Below, one piece after another: positions 20,422 to 28,148 of a stretch of 64,000 bases of DNA; the stretch's first letter is position 1; every line of letters starts with the position of its first letter. Source of the stretch: Alphaproteobacteria bacterium MarineAlpha5_Bin9 (GTDB lineage Bacteria > Pseudomonadota > Alphaproteobacteria > HIMB59 > GCA-002718135); the NCBI GenBank assembly GCA_002937895.1, contig PTKV01000002.1, positions 2,019-66,018 on the forward strand, read 5' to 3'. Below the pieces are notes generated by a model. That model worked only from the letters and a program-made list of their open reading frames with translations. It was not told the DNA's origin and ran no database searches. A program made the position numbers and the translations under genes.

Positions 20422-20438
20422 TTTAGAATTATTCTAAT
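20422..20438. promoter_or_regulatory. putative Irr-binding ICE palindrome upstream of the DUF4856-desaturase-fbpAB unit
   Basis: TTTAGAA-TTA-TTCTAAT, one mismatch to TTTAGAA-N3-TTCTAAA; intergenic between hemJ and DUF4856. Confidence 0.7.
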
Positions 20439-20444
20439 TTAATA

Positions 20445-20861
20445 TTAAAACTTAAAAACTACTAATGTGATTACAATAATTAGAATAATTGTTGGAACTT
20501 CATTAACAAATCTATAAAATTTATCTGAGTGTAAATTCCTATTATCTGTAAAACCAGCAAGCCATCTTCCACAAACAAAATGAAATAATGTAAGTGCAAA
20601 AACCAATAATATTTTTAATATCAGCCAAACTTCAATACCTATATAGTAAGTCAAAAAAAGACCGGTAATCCAAGAAATATACAAGGCCGGAGTACAAATA
20701 TACCAGTAAAGTCTTCTTTCCATTACTTTAAATGTATTGGAAGTTTCATCTGCAATTTTTGAATTTGCATGATAAACAAATAGTCTTGGTAAATACAATA
20801 ATCCTGCCATCCAAGAGATAACACTTACAATATGAATGACTTTTATAATATTAAATATCAT
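20445..20861 (-). CDS. hemJ: protoporphyrinogen oxidase HemJ
   Basis: HIVSVISWMAGLLYLPRLFVYH, MERRL, NEVPT. Confidence 0.93.
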   Translation of the reverse strand: MIFNIIKVIHIVSVISWMAGLLYLPRLFVYHANSKIADETSNTFKVMERRLYWYICTPALYISWITGLFLTYYIGIEVWLILKILLVFALTLFHFVCGRWLAGFTDNRNLHSDKFYRFVNEVPTIILIIVITLVVFKF

Positions 20862-20864
20862 ATT

Positions 20865-21671
20865 TTAATCCCAACTTGCATGAGGAGGCATCGACATTAA
20901 AATCGCATCAATATTTCCTCCTGTTTCTAAACCAAAACGTGTTCCTCTATCATGCAATAAATTAAATTCTGCATAACGACTTCTTTTTTTTAATTGAATT
21001 TCCTTTTCCTTGCTATTCCATTCCTTATCTTTGTATTTCTTTATTATATTGATTGCATAATTTTTAAAAAATAATCCAACATCTTTAATAAAATTAAAAT
21101 CTTTATCCCAATCATTATTATTTAGATTGTCAAAAAAAATACCTCCGATACCCCTTGGTTCATTTCGATGTGGTAAGAAAAAATATTCATCACACCATTT
21201 TTTATATTTAGGATAATATTTATCATTATGTTGATCGCACATTTTTTTTAATTCAATGTGATAATCATTTTTATCAATAAAAGGCAAGCAAGGAGTTATG
21301 TCCATACCGCCTCCAAACCAAACTTTTTCTGTTTCTAAATAACGTGTATTAAAATGCATCGATGGTATATGTGGGGAACAAGGATGAAGCACTACGCTTA
21401 TTCCTGTTGCTTTGTAAGAATCATCATTATCCGTGCCTGGCATTCGTTTAGAAAAATCTTTACTAAATCGACCAGCAACATTCGAGATATTCACTCCTCC
21501 TTTTTCTAAAACGGAACCTTTGATTTTACTCATCTTGCCTCCACCCTCTTGGCTATGTTCCCATTTTGTTATAACAAATTTTGATGTTTCAATTTTCTCA
21601 ATATCACTGATTAAATTATTTCTTAATTCCTTAAACCATTCTTCAGCTTTGATAATATGTGAATTTGACAT
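20865..21671 (-). CDS. hemF: oxygen-dependent coproporphyrinogen III oxidase
   Basis: EKGGVN, HP-SPHIPSMHFNTR, WFGGGMD-TP, YFFLPHRNEPRGIGGIFFD, DRGTRFGL. Start set at the ATG in the TAATG overlap with hemH. Confidence 0.95.
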   Translation of the reverse strand: MSNSHIIKAEEWFKELRNNLISDIEKIETSKFVITKWEHSQEGGGKMSKIKGSVLEKGGVNISNVAGRFSKDFSKRMPGTDNDDSYKATGISVVLHPCSPHIPSMHFNTRYLETEKVWFGGGMDITPCLPFIDKNDYHIELKKMCDQHNDKYYPKYKKWCDEYFFLPHRNEPRGIGGIFFDNLNNNDWDKDFNFIKDVGLFFKNYAINIIKKYKDKEWNSKEKEIQLKKRSRYAEFNLLHDRGTRFGLETGGNIDAILMSMPPHASWD

Positions 21672-22696
21672 TAAACTTTCCACCCCTTCGTATGTTTACT
21701 TATCAAAAGGCTTATCATTTCGATGTGTTCGGGATTATCATTTAGGCAAGGAATATAATAATAAGACTCTCCTCCTGCTTTCATAAAATATTCTTTATTT
21801 TCTTCTTGAAGTTCCTCTAGTGTCTCTAAGCAATCAGCACTAAATCCTGGAGATAGTATATGAATATTTTTTATTCCCTCTTTGGGTAATTTTTTTAGAG
21901 TTTCATCGGTATATGGTTGAAGCCATTCCTGTGTTCCAAAGCGACTTTGAAAAGTAGTAATAATATCTTCTTCTTTATAATTAAGATATTCACGAACCAA
22001 GCGTGAAGTTTTTAAACAAAAGCAGTGATAGGGATCGCCTTCAAGAAGATATTTTTTTGGTATTCCATGGTAACTAAAAATTATTTTCTGCGGTTTTCCT
22101 TTGTTTTTTTCAGCTTTTTTAATTGAATCTCCAATTGCTTTTATAAAAAGATTTTCCTCAAAATATTGATTGATAAATCGTAATTCTGGAATCCATCTCC
22201 ATTTCTGCAAAATGGATGAAACAGCATCAAATGTACTACCTGTTGTGGCAGCACAATATTGCGGATAAAGTGGCAAAACCAATAAGCGCCTTACTTGTTG
22301 TTTATGTAATTTATCTAAAGCGCTATGAATGGATGGATTACCATATCGCATTGCTAAAGAAAATACTGTATTTGGGAATTCTTTTTTTAATCTTTCTTCA
22401 ACTAATCTTACTTGTTTTTTTGATATATGAAGTAGTGGAGATCCCTCATCAGTCCATATCTTTTTATAACTTGCTGCAGAGCGTCGTGGGCGTATTTGTA
22501 ATATAACTAAATTTAAAATAATTTGCCAAATAAGTTTTGGGATCTCTATTACTCTTTGATCAGAAAGAAATTCTTTTAAATAAGGTTTTAAAGCTTTACT
22601 TGTTGGTGCATCAGGCGTTCCTAGATTTGTAATTAAAACACCAGTTTTTTCATGACTGCCATGTTGATAGTTTTTTTCACCAACATATTTAACCAT
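21671..22696 (-). CDS. hemH: ferrochelatase
   Basis: NLGTP, AMRYG-PS, PLYPQY, FSYHGIP, FQSRFG-EWLQP, ADCLETLEE. Confidence 0.95.
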   Translation of the reverse strand: MVKYVGEKNYQHGSHEKTGVLITNLGTPDAPTSKALKPYLKEFLSDQRVIEIPKLIWQIILNLVILQIRPRRSAASYKKIWTDEGSPLLHISKKQVRLVEERLKKEFPNTVFSLAMRYGNPSIHSALDKLHKQQVRRLLVLPLYPQYCAATTGSTFDAVSSILQKWRWIPELRFINQYFEENLFIKAIGDSIKKAEKNKGKPQKIIFSYHGIPKKYLLEGDPYHCFCLKTSRLVREYLNYKEEDIITTFQSRFGTQEWLQPYTDETLKKLPKEGIKNIHILSPGFSADCLETLEELQEENKEYFMKAGGESYYYIPCLNDNPEHIEMISLLISKHTKGWKV

Positions 22697-22701
22697 GACT
22701 A

Positions 22702-23709
22702 TTATTTAAAATTTTCTCTTATTGTCTTAATAAATAAATGAACATTTTCCTCAGGAGTGTCCTTTTTAATACCGTGACCCAATCCGCATATCCACCCAGA
22801 TCTTTCATTTATATCTAATTTTAACAAATTATCACAATATCTAGATAATTCTTCTTTGAGATCATGTTTATTTAAAAGCATCTTTGTTTCATCAAAATTT
22901 CCTTGGATAAATCCTTTGCTTTTTGATTTTAAAAATTGCTTTAAATCATTTGCACTATCACAACCAATTCCAGCAAAATTTAGTTTTAATAGAGAATTAC
23001 AATAATTATTTTCTAAACCTTTTGCATAATAACCAACATTATTTTTAAAATTTTCACTTATTTTTTTCAAAATATCTAAATATATATTTTTAAATTCCAT
23101 GGTATCAATATCTTTTAATCCACTATCAAAAATCATAACTAACTCAGCGCCTGAGTCTAATTGCAATTGAATATTTTTGATTAATAATGGAACCAAAGTA
23201 TTATTTAGAAAGTCTATTTCAAAAGAATCTTTTTTTAATATAGCTTTATTTGCCTTGCCTATAGCGAATTTTAAAAGCGTATAAGGGCCACCTACAAAGC
23301 CTATTAAACTTTTGTTATTTGTTAATTTATTTTTCGTAAATCTAATAGCTTCCTTTTGAAATTGAAGATGTTCAATTGCTCTGTCAATATTTTGAAATTG
23401 ACTCAAATTTTCTTTAACTAATTGTTGGGAAAATATAGGGCCAGGGTCAAATTTTAATGACATACCCAATCCTTCTAAAACAAATAGAATATCACTAAAA
23501 AGAATAGCAATATCAAAATCAAATTCATTAATTGGACCACATGCAATTTCTGATGATAATTCTGGATTTTTGCAAAGTTCTTCAAATGAATATTTTTTCT
23601 TAAATTCTTTGTAATGACTATGATACCTTCCTGCTTGACGCATAAACCATATAGGTGGAGTAGATTGAGGTATATTGTTTATTGAATTTATAAAAAGCTT
23701 ATTTGACAC
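22702..23709 (-). CDS. hemE: uroporphyrinogen decarboxylase
   Basis: PIWFMRQAGRY, AILFSDIL, GFVGGPYTL, QGNFD, LGHG. Confidence 0.93.
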   Translation of the reverse strand: MSNKLFINSINNIPQSTPPIWFMRQAGRYHSHYKEFKKKYSFEELCKNPELSSEIACGPINEFDFDIAILFSDILFVLEGLGMSLKFDPGPIFSQQLVKENLSQFQNIDRAIEHLQFQKEAIRFTKNKLTNNKSLIGFVGGPYTLLKFAIGKANKAILKKDSFEIDFLNNTLVPLLIKNIQLQLDSGAELVMIFDSGLKDIDTMEFKNIYLDILKKISENFKNNVGYYAKGLENNYCNSLLKLNFAGIGCDSANDLKQFLKSKSKGFIQGNFDETKMLLNKHDLKEELSRYCDNLLKLDINERSGWICGLGHGIKKDTPEENVHLFIKTIRENFK

Positions 23710-24664
23710 TAAAGCCTAACTCCTTAGATTTTCTAGCTCCATAGGTAATAATAAATTGAGCTCCTGCTCTTTTCATTACATGCCAACTTTCAAATAATCC
23801 TTTATTTAATTCTAACAAATTGTTTTCAGATGCTAAATTAATACCGGCATACTCCCCACTTACTTGATATGCACCAACCATCAACCCTGTTAAATTATTA
23901 ATAGGCTGTATCAAATCTAAAGAATATAAGCCTGGCTTAACCATTAACAAATCAGCTCCTTCTTCAGCACATCTTGTTGATGCCCTAAGGGCATCATTTT
24001 TATTTCTATAATCTAGTTGATAATGTTTACGATCTCCAAAAGAAGGAGTGGAATCTGCAGCATCTCTAAATGGTCCATAAAAATTACTTGCAAATTTAGA
24101 GCTGTAACTCATGATAGGGATTAAATCATAATTATTTTCATCAAGAGCTAATCTTATTTTATTTGTTCTTCCATCCATCATGTCACTAGGAGCAATTCCA
24201 TCTATGCCTGCATCTGCATATGTCACTGCAGTTTTAGATAATGAAGAAAGAGATTTTTTGATATCAATGTTTTGACTTTTATCAAATACACAACAATGTC
24301 CATGAGTGGTCATTGAACAAAGACAAACATCAGCCCATAAAAAAATATCATCTTTAAAAAAATTTTTTACTTGGGATATTGCTTCTGATTGAAAATTTAA
24401 ATTAAAATCCAATTCCTTTTTTTCTGATGGAATTAAAAAAAGAAGAAAGTTACGACAATCATTTTTTAAATCATTTTCAATTTGTTTAAGCGCATCCTGA
24501 ATATTAAAAACAAAATTATCTCCCAGTCCAGGTATTGATTTTTTATCAGATACTTTTTCAGAAATAAAAATTGGTTGAATTAATTGATCAGATAGAAAAC
24601 TTGTTTCTGCACACATATTGCGCAAAATTACATTTTTTTTTAATCTTAATAATTTATCTGACAT
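23699..24664 (-). CDS. hemB: porphobilinogen synthase (Cys-rich Zn type)
   Basis: DVCLCSMTTHGHC, APSDMMDGR, SYSSKFAS-FYGPFRDA, LMVKPG, AYQVSGEY. Confidence 0.95.
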   Translation of the reverse strand: MSDKLLRLKKNVILRNMCAETSFLSDQLIQPIFISEKVSDKKSIPGLGDNFVFNIQDALKQIENDLKNDCRNFLLFLIPSEKKELDFNLNFQSEAISQVKNFFKDDIFLWADVCLCSMTTHGHCCVFDKSQNIDIKKSLSSLSKTAVTYADAGIDGIAPSDMMDGRTNKIRLALDENNYDLIPIMSYSSKFASNFYGPFRDAADSTPSFGDRKHYQLDYRNKNDALRASTRCAEEGADLLMVKPGLYSLDLIQPINNLTGLMVGAYQVSGEYAGINLASENNLLELNKGLFESWHVMKRAGAQFIITYGARKSKELGFSVK

Positions 24665-26180
24665 TTATTAATTTTCTCCTCCAATGATCGTATGATAAGT
24701 GGACTGATAATTTAGCTGGGTCTTTTATCATTTTTTTCATTTCTTTGAAGGTATTACCTGGTCCACATGCATGAAATGCTTCTAAAACCTTGGGATCCTT
24801 GATAATTGCAAGTTTAAAGGCACTTGAGCTCATCCAATAAAAATATTTTTTATTAGCAAAATTAGGCAAATTTTCTTCTTCTTCCAATTCATATGTGTGG
24901 ATGACATTTTTAATTATACTCTCAACCGATTTTGAATGTGTTAATTTAATCCATGGCAATTGACATAGAGAAGATATATTTGGGTTAAAATCTTCACCCA
25001 TACTATCAGAACAACCATTAACCCAAATACCTCGTATAGATAAAGCTTTCCAAGTTTTTAATCCACTAGCCCATATTATATTTGAAGAAGACAAAGATGA
25101 TTCTTTTGGTAAAGCAGATTTTCGGGAAATCCATATGCAGTAATTGTTAAGAGAGTTAATCTTATGAATAGAATCTTTAATCAAATTTCTTTTAAAAAAC
25201 TTATAATTAGAAATAGTTTCTGGGAAAATTTCATTTTCTTTTACAATTAAATTTTCATTTTTTTTAGATTCTAAAATTGACCAATCATAAAATTTTTTTC
25301 CTTGTTCTGATTCTCCTTTTTCAGATTTTACTAAACCAAATAAAGTTGGGAATAAGCTAACTCCAATTTTTTGATGACATCCGCCTCCATATTTTTTTAA
25401 CACTTCTCTTTCTTTTTTTACACATATAATAGATAATGGATCAGAAATATTTTTAACTATTGCTTCTGTAATTTTGTCATTTGATTTTATTTCAATAGCA
25501 AGAGCTCCTTGACCTGGGGCTGAAGGGTTGATTGATAATGGAACTATCATCCATAAACACTGGTCAATATAACTTTTTATTTCTTTTGATAATTCCTGGA
25601 ATTCTTTAAATGGATTTTTAAGTAGGCGATCAATTGCTGCCTTAGCAACAATCAATGCATCATTGTCACCGTTCAATAATTTTTTTAATCTAGTGGGTAT
25701 ATTGCCACGGACGTTATTAAAAACTATTTCATTACAGTTATAAGGAAAAAAATTTTGAATAAAATCTTTTAAATTATAAATTCTTCTTGGAGAAGAAGAG
25801 AGGATTTTTATTTTTTTACTTGTTTCTATTTTCTTAAGATTTTTTTTATTTACTAATAAAATATCTCTTTCATCAGCCCTCCTTATTGAACCAGCAATAG
25901 TTGTGCTTGGTTCAATGTCTATAGGTAGATCTTTCCATGAATGAACTATTATATCACACTTATTTTTAATTAAACTTTGCCTTAGATCATCAGTAAAAAC
26001 ACCTGTTGTTTTCATTTCAGATAAAGGGGACGATTTATCAATATCCCCTTCAGTTGTTTTAGTTAAATATATAATTTTAATATCTGGGAATTTTTTATTT
26101 ATTTCAAGGCCTACTAATTGGGCTTGAATTTGAGCCAAATCACTTTTTCTTGAAAGAATTCTTATTTGTTGTTTTGTCAT
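24654..26180 (-). CDS. hemC: hydroxymethylbilane synthase with C-terminal HemD-like domain (HemCD fusion)
   Basis: SRKSDLA-IQA, VHSWKD, SSSPRR, RGNIPTRL, APGQGAL, GGGC in the first about 290 aa; then about 200 extra aa with HemD-like motifs WASGLKTWKAL, WMSSSAF, ACGPGNT. Confidence 0.88.
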   Translation of the reverse strand: MTKQQIRILSRKSDLAQIQAQLVGLEINKKFPDIKIIYLTKTTEGDIDKSSPLSEMKTTGVFTDDLRQSLIKNKCDIIVHSWKDLPIDIEPSTTIAGSIRRADERDILLVNKKNLKKIETSKKIKILSSSPRRIYNLKDFIQNFFPYNCNEIVFNNVRGNIPTRLKKLLNGDNDALIVAKAAIDRLLKNPFKEFQELSKEIKSYIDQCLWMIVPLSINPSAPGQGALAIEIKSNDKITEAIVKNISDPLSIICVKKEREVLKKYGGGCHQKIGVSLFPTLFGLVKSEKGESEQGKKFYDWSILESKKNENLIVKENEIFPETISNYKFFKRNLIKDSIHKINSLNNYCIWISRKSALPKESSLSSSNIIWASGLKTWKALSIRGIWVNGCSDSMGEDFNPNISSLCQLPWIKLTHSKSVESIIKNVIHTYELEEEENLPNFANKKYFYWMSSSAFKLAIIKDPKVLEAFHACGPGNTFKEMKKMIKDPAKLSVHLSYDHWRRKLINVR

Positions 26181-26311
26181 AATTTTATAGCAATCATTAA
26201 TATATAAATTTTTTATATTTTTTAATAATAAACCTTGAATAAATATTTTATTATAGATTATAAATGTTTTTTTTGCTTTATATATATTTTTAGTTTAAAA
26301 AATAACAATCT

Positions 26312-26887
26312 ATGAAATACGTTCAAAAAATATCAGATCTAAAAATTGAAATAGATCAATTAAAACAAAGTTACCTTGAAATAATTCAAAATATAAAAAC
26401 ATGGAAAAAAGACGAACAAAATCTTCATGATTTTAATGCAATATGTATCAACCAAATGCCAAATGATCCTAGCTCGATAAGTGGTGGAAATGTTAGAGGT
26501 CTTTATTGGACATACCCAAGCGAAAAGTGGGAGGAAGAAGAAAGATCTAATAAAATTGATGAAAGTAGGTATACAGAGATTTGTGAAATTTTTAAAAAAA
26601 CATATGTTGAAGAAGTTTACAATCAAATTATTAAAAAATGGTCAATTGGAAGATTAAGATTTTTAATGAAGCCACCTAGATCTTGTTTAAGTTGGCACAG
26701 AGATCCTGAGAGAAGATTGCATATTCCTATTATTACAAATCCTGGTTGCAGAATGGTTATTGAAGATGAATGCTTCCATATGCCTGCAGATGGCTCCATT
26801 TACATAACTGATAATAGAAAATATCACAATTTTTTCAATGGTGGAGAAATTGAAAGAATTCATCTAGTTGGAACTTTAATAGAATAA
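26312..26887 (+). CDS. aspartyl/asparaginyl beta-hydroxylase-like 2OG-Fe(II) oxygenase
   Basis: WHRD (HxD), RLHIPIITN, H-x3-NGG, RIHLV. Confidence 0.75.
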   Translation: MKYVQKISDLKIEIDQLKQSYLEIIQNIKTWKKDEQNLHDFNAICINQMPNDPSSISGGNVRGLYWTYPSEKWEEEERSNKIDESRYTEICEIFKKTYVEEVYNQIIKKWSIGRLRFLMKPPRSCLSWHRDPERRLHIPIITNPGCRMVIEDECFHMPADGSIYITDNRKYHNFFNGGEIERIHLVGTLIE

Positions 26888-26916
26888 TATTTAATTTAAT
26901 TTTTAAAATATTGAAT

Positions 26917-26941
26917 TGAAAGAAGGGGGCTTCCGCCCCCC
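26917..26941 (-). terminator. intrinsic terminator of hsp20
   Basis: Minus strand reads GGGGGC-GGAA-GCCCCC-TTCTTT: GC stem, GNRA loop, U-rich tail. Confidence 0.85.
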
Positions 26942-26951
26942 TACCCTTGGA

Positions 26952-27389
26952 TTAATTTATATTTATTAACCTAGATTTTTTTTCTTCAGGTATGATTCTT
27001 TCTAAATCAATCGAAAGAAGTCCATTTTTTAATTCAGCTTCCTTTACTTGAATATCTTCTGATATAGTAAAAGATCTCTCAAATTGTCTAGTTGAAATAC
27101 CTTTGTGAATTACTCCATTACCTTTTTCATCAATTGTTTTTTCACTTTGTTTATTGCGAACGGTAAGCGTGTTTTCTTTTAATTCAATTTCAATATCATC
27201 CTTACTATAACCAGCAAGAGCAACTTCAATTTTATAATTGATATCACTCAATCTTTTTATGTTATAGGGTGGATAATTTGATGAATATCTATCAGAGGAT
27301 TCAAGCATCCTATCAAATTCATCAAAAATTGAATCAAATCCTACAGAGAAAGGTCTTAAAGAATTCCATACGGATAGGTTTCTATTCAT
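26952..27389 (-). CDS. ibpA: small heat-shock protein Hsp20 (IbpA-like)
   Basis: VGFD, NYPPYNI, IEVALAG, HKGISTRQFERSF, NGLL-IDL-R-IPEEK. Confidence 0.9.
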   Translation of the reverse strand: MNRNLSVWNSLRPFSVGFDSIFDEFDRMLESSDRYSSNYPPYNIKRLSDINYKIEVALAGYSKDDIEIELKENTLTVRNKQSEKTIDEKGNGVIHKGISTRQFERSFTISEDIQVKEAELKNGLLSIDLERIIPEEKKSRLININ

Positions 27390-27447
27390 AAATAACTCCT
27401 TTTAAAGCAAGTTTTTTGTCAATACCCATTATGGCATATTGAACAAT
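27390..27447 (-). ncRNA. ROSE-like RNA thermometer in the hsp20 5' UTR
   Basis: Minus strand has a 5' hairpin (UCAAUAUGCC…GGGUAUUGA) followed by AACUUGCU-UUAAA-AGGAGUU, i.e. UUGCU with a bulged G pairing the AGGA SD. Confidence 0.75.
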
Positions 27448-27451
27448 TCTA

Positions 27452-27479
27452 ATATGGTAATTAAAAAACAAAATTCAAT
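27452..27479 (-). promoter_or_regulatory. sigma-32-type promoter of hsp20
   Basis: Minus strand ATTGAA-N15-ACCATAT versus consensus CTTGAA-N13/15-CCCCATNT. Confidence 0.65.
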
Positions 27480-27486
27480 AGAATGA

Positions 27487-28143
27487 TTATTTTTTTCTTA
27501 TAAAAACTAACCCATCTGCAATTGGCAAAAGCGAATATTCAATTCTTGTATCTTCTTTAATTTTTTGATTTAATTTATGAATTGTTTTAGTTGTTTTATC
27601 ATCACTTTCAAAATTTGCGACTTGTCCACCCCACAACATATTATCAATTATCATAACACCATTAGAGTATAAGAGATTAAGACAAATTTCATAATAGTTG
27701 TCATAATTTTTTTTATCAGCGTCTATAAATATCAAATCAAATATTTTTTTTTTATCTAGATAGCTTAAAAGAACTTCATTTGCCTGTCCTATTATTGAAT
27801 CAATTTTATGTTCAATCTTAGCTTTACGCCAATAAAATTTTGCCATTTCTTCAAATTCAGTTGAATTATCAATTGTTGTCACTAAACCATCTTCGGAAAC
27901 TCCTCTTGCAAGAGATAGTGTCCCTAAGCCAGTAAACCTTCCTATTTCTAGACAATTTTTAGCATTTATTATTTTGACAATTAACTCTAAAAATTGACTT
28001 TGTTCAGGGGAAATTTGCATATTAGAAACTTTCCCAAGAGATGATGTTGCGGATATTAATTCATCTTTTATCAAATCATTTCTATAACCATATTTTAAAA
28101 GATATTTTACTAATTTTGTTTTTACTTCAATCTGAGAACTCAT
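27487..28143 (-). CDS. class I SAM-dependent O-methyltransferase (CCoAOMT-like)
   Basis: MQISPEQ, LEIGRFTG, FDLIFIDADK, IIDNMLWGG, PIADG. Confidence 0.88.
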   Translation of the reverse strand: MSSQIEVKTKLVKYLLKYGYRNDLIKDELISATSSLGKVSNMQISPEQSQFLELIVKIINAKNCLEIGRFTGLGTLSLARGVSEDGLVTTIDNSTEFEEMAKFYWRKAKIEHKIDSIIGQANEVLLSYLDKKKIFDLIFIDADKKNYDNYYEICLNLLYSNGVMIIDNMLWGGQVANFESDDKTTKTIHKLNQKIKEDTRIEYSLLPIADGLVFIRKK

Positions 28144-28148
28144 GGGTT

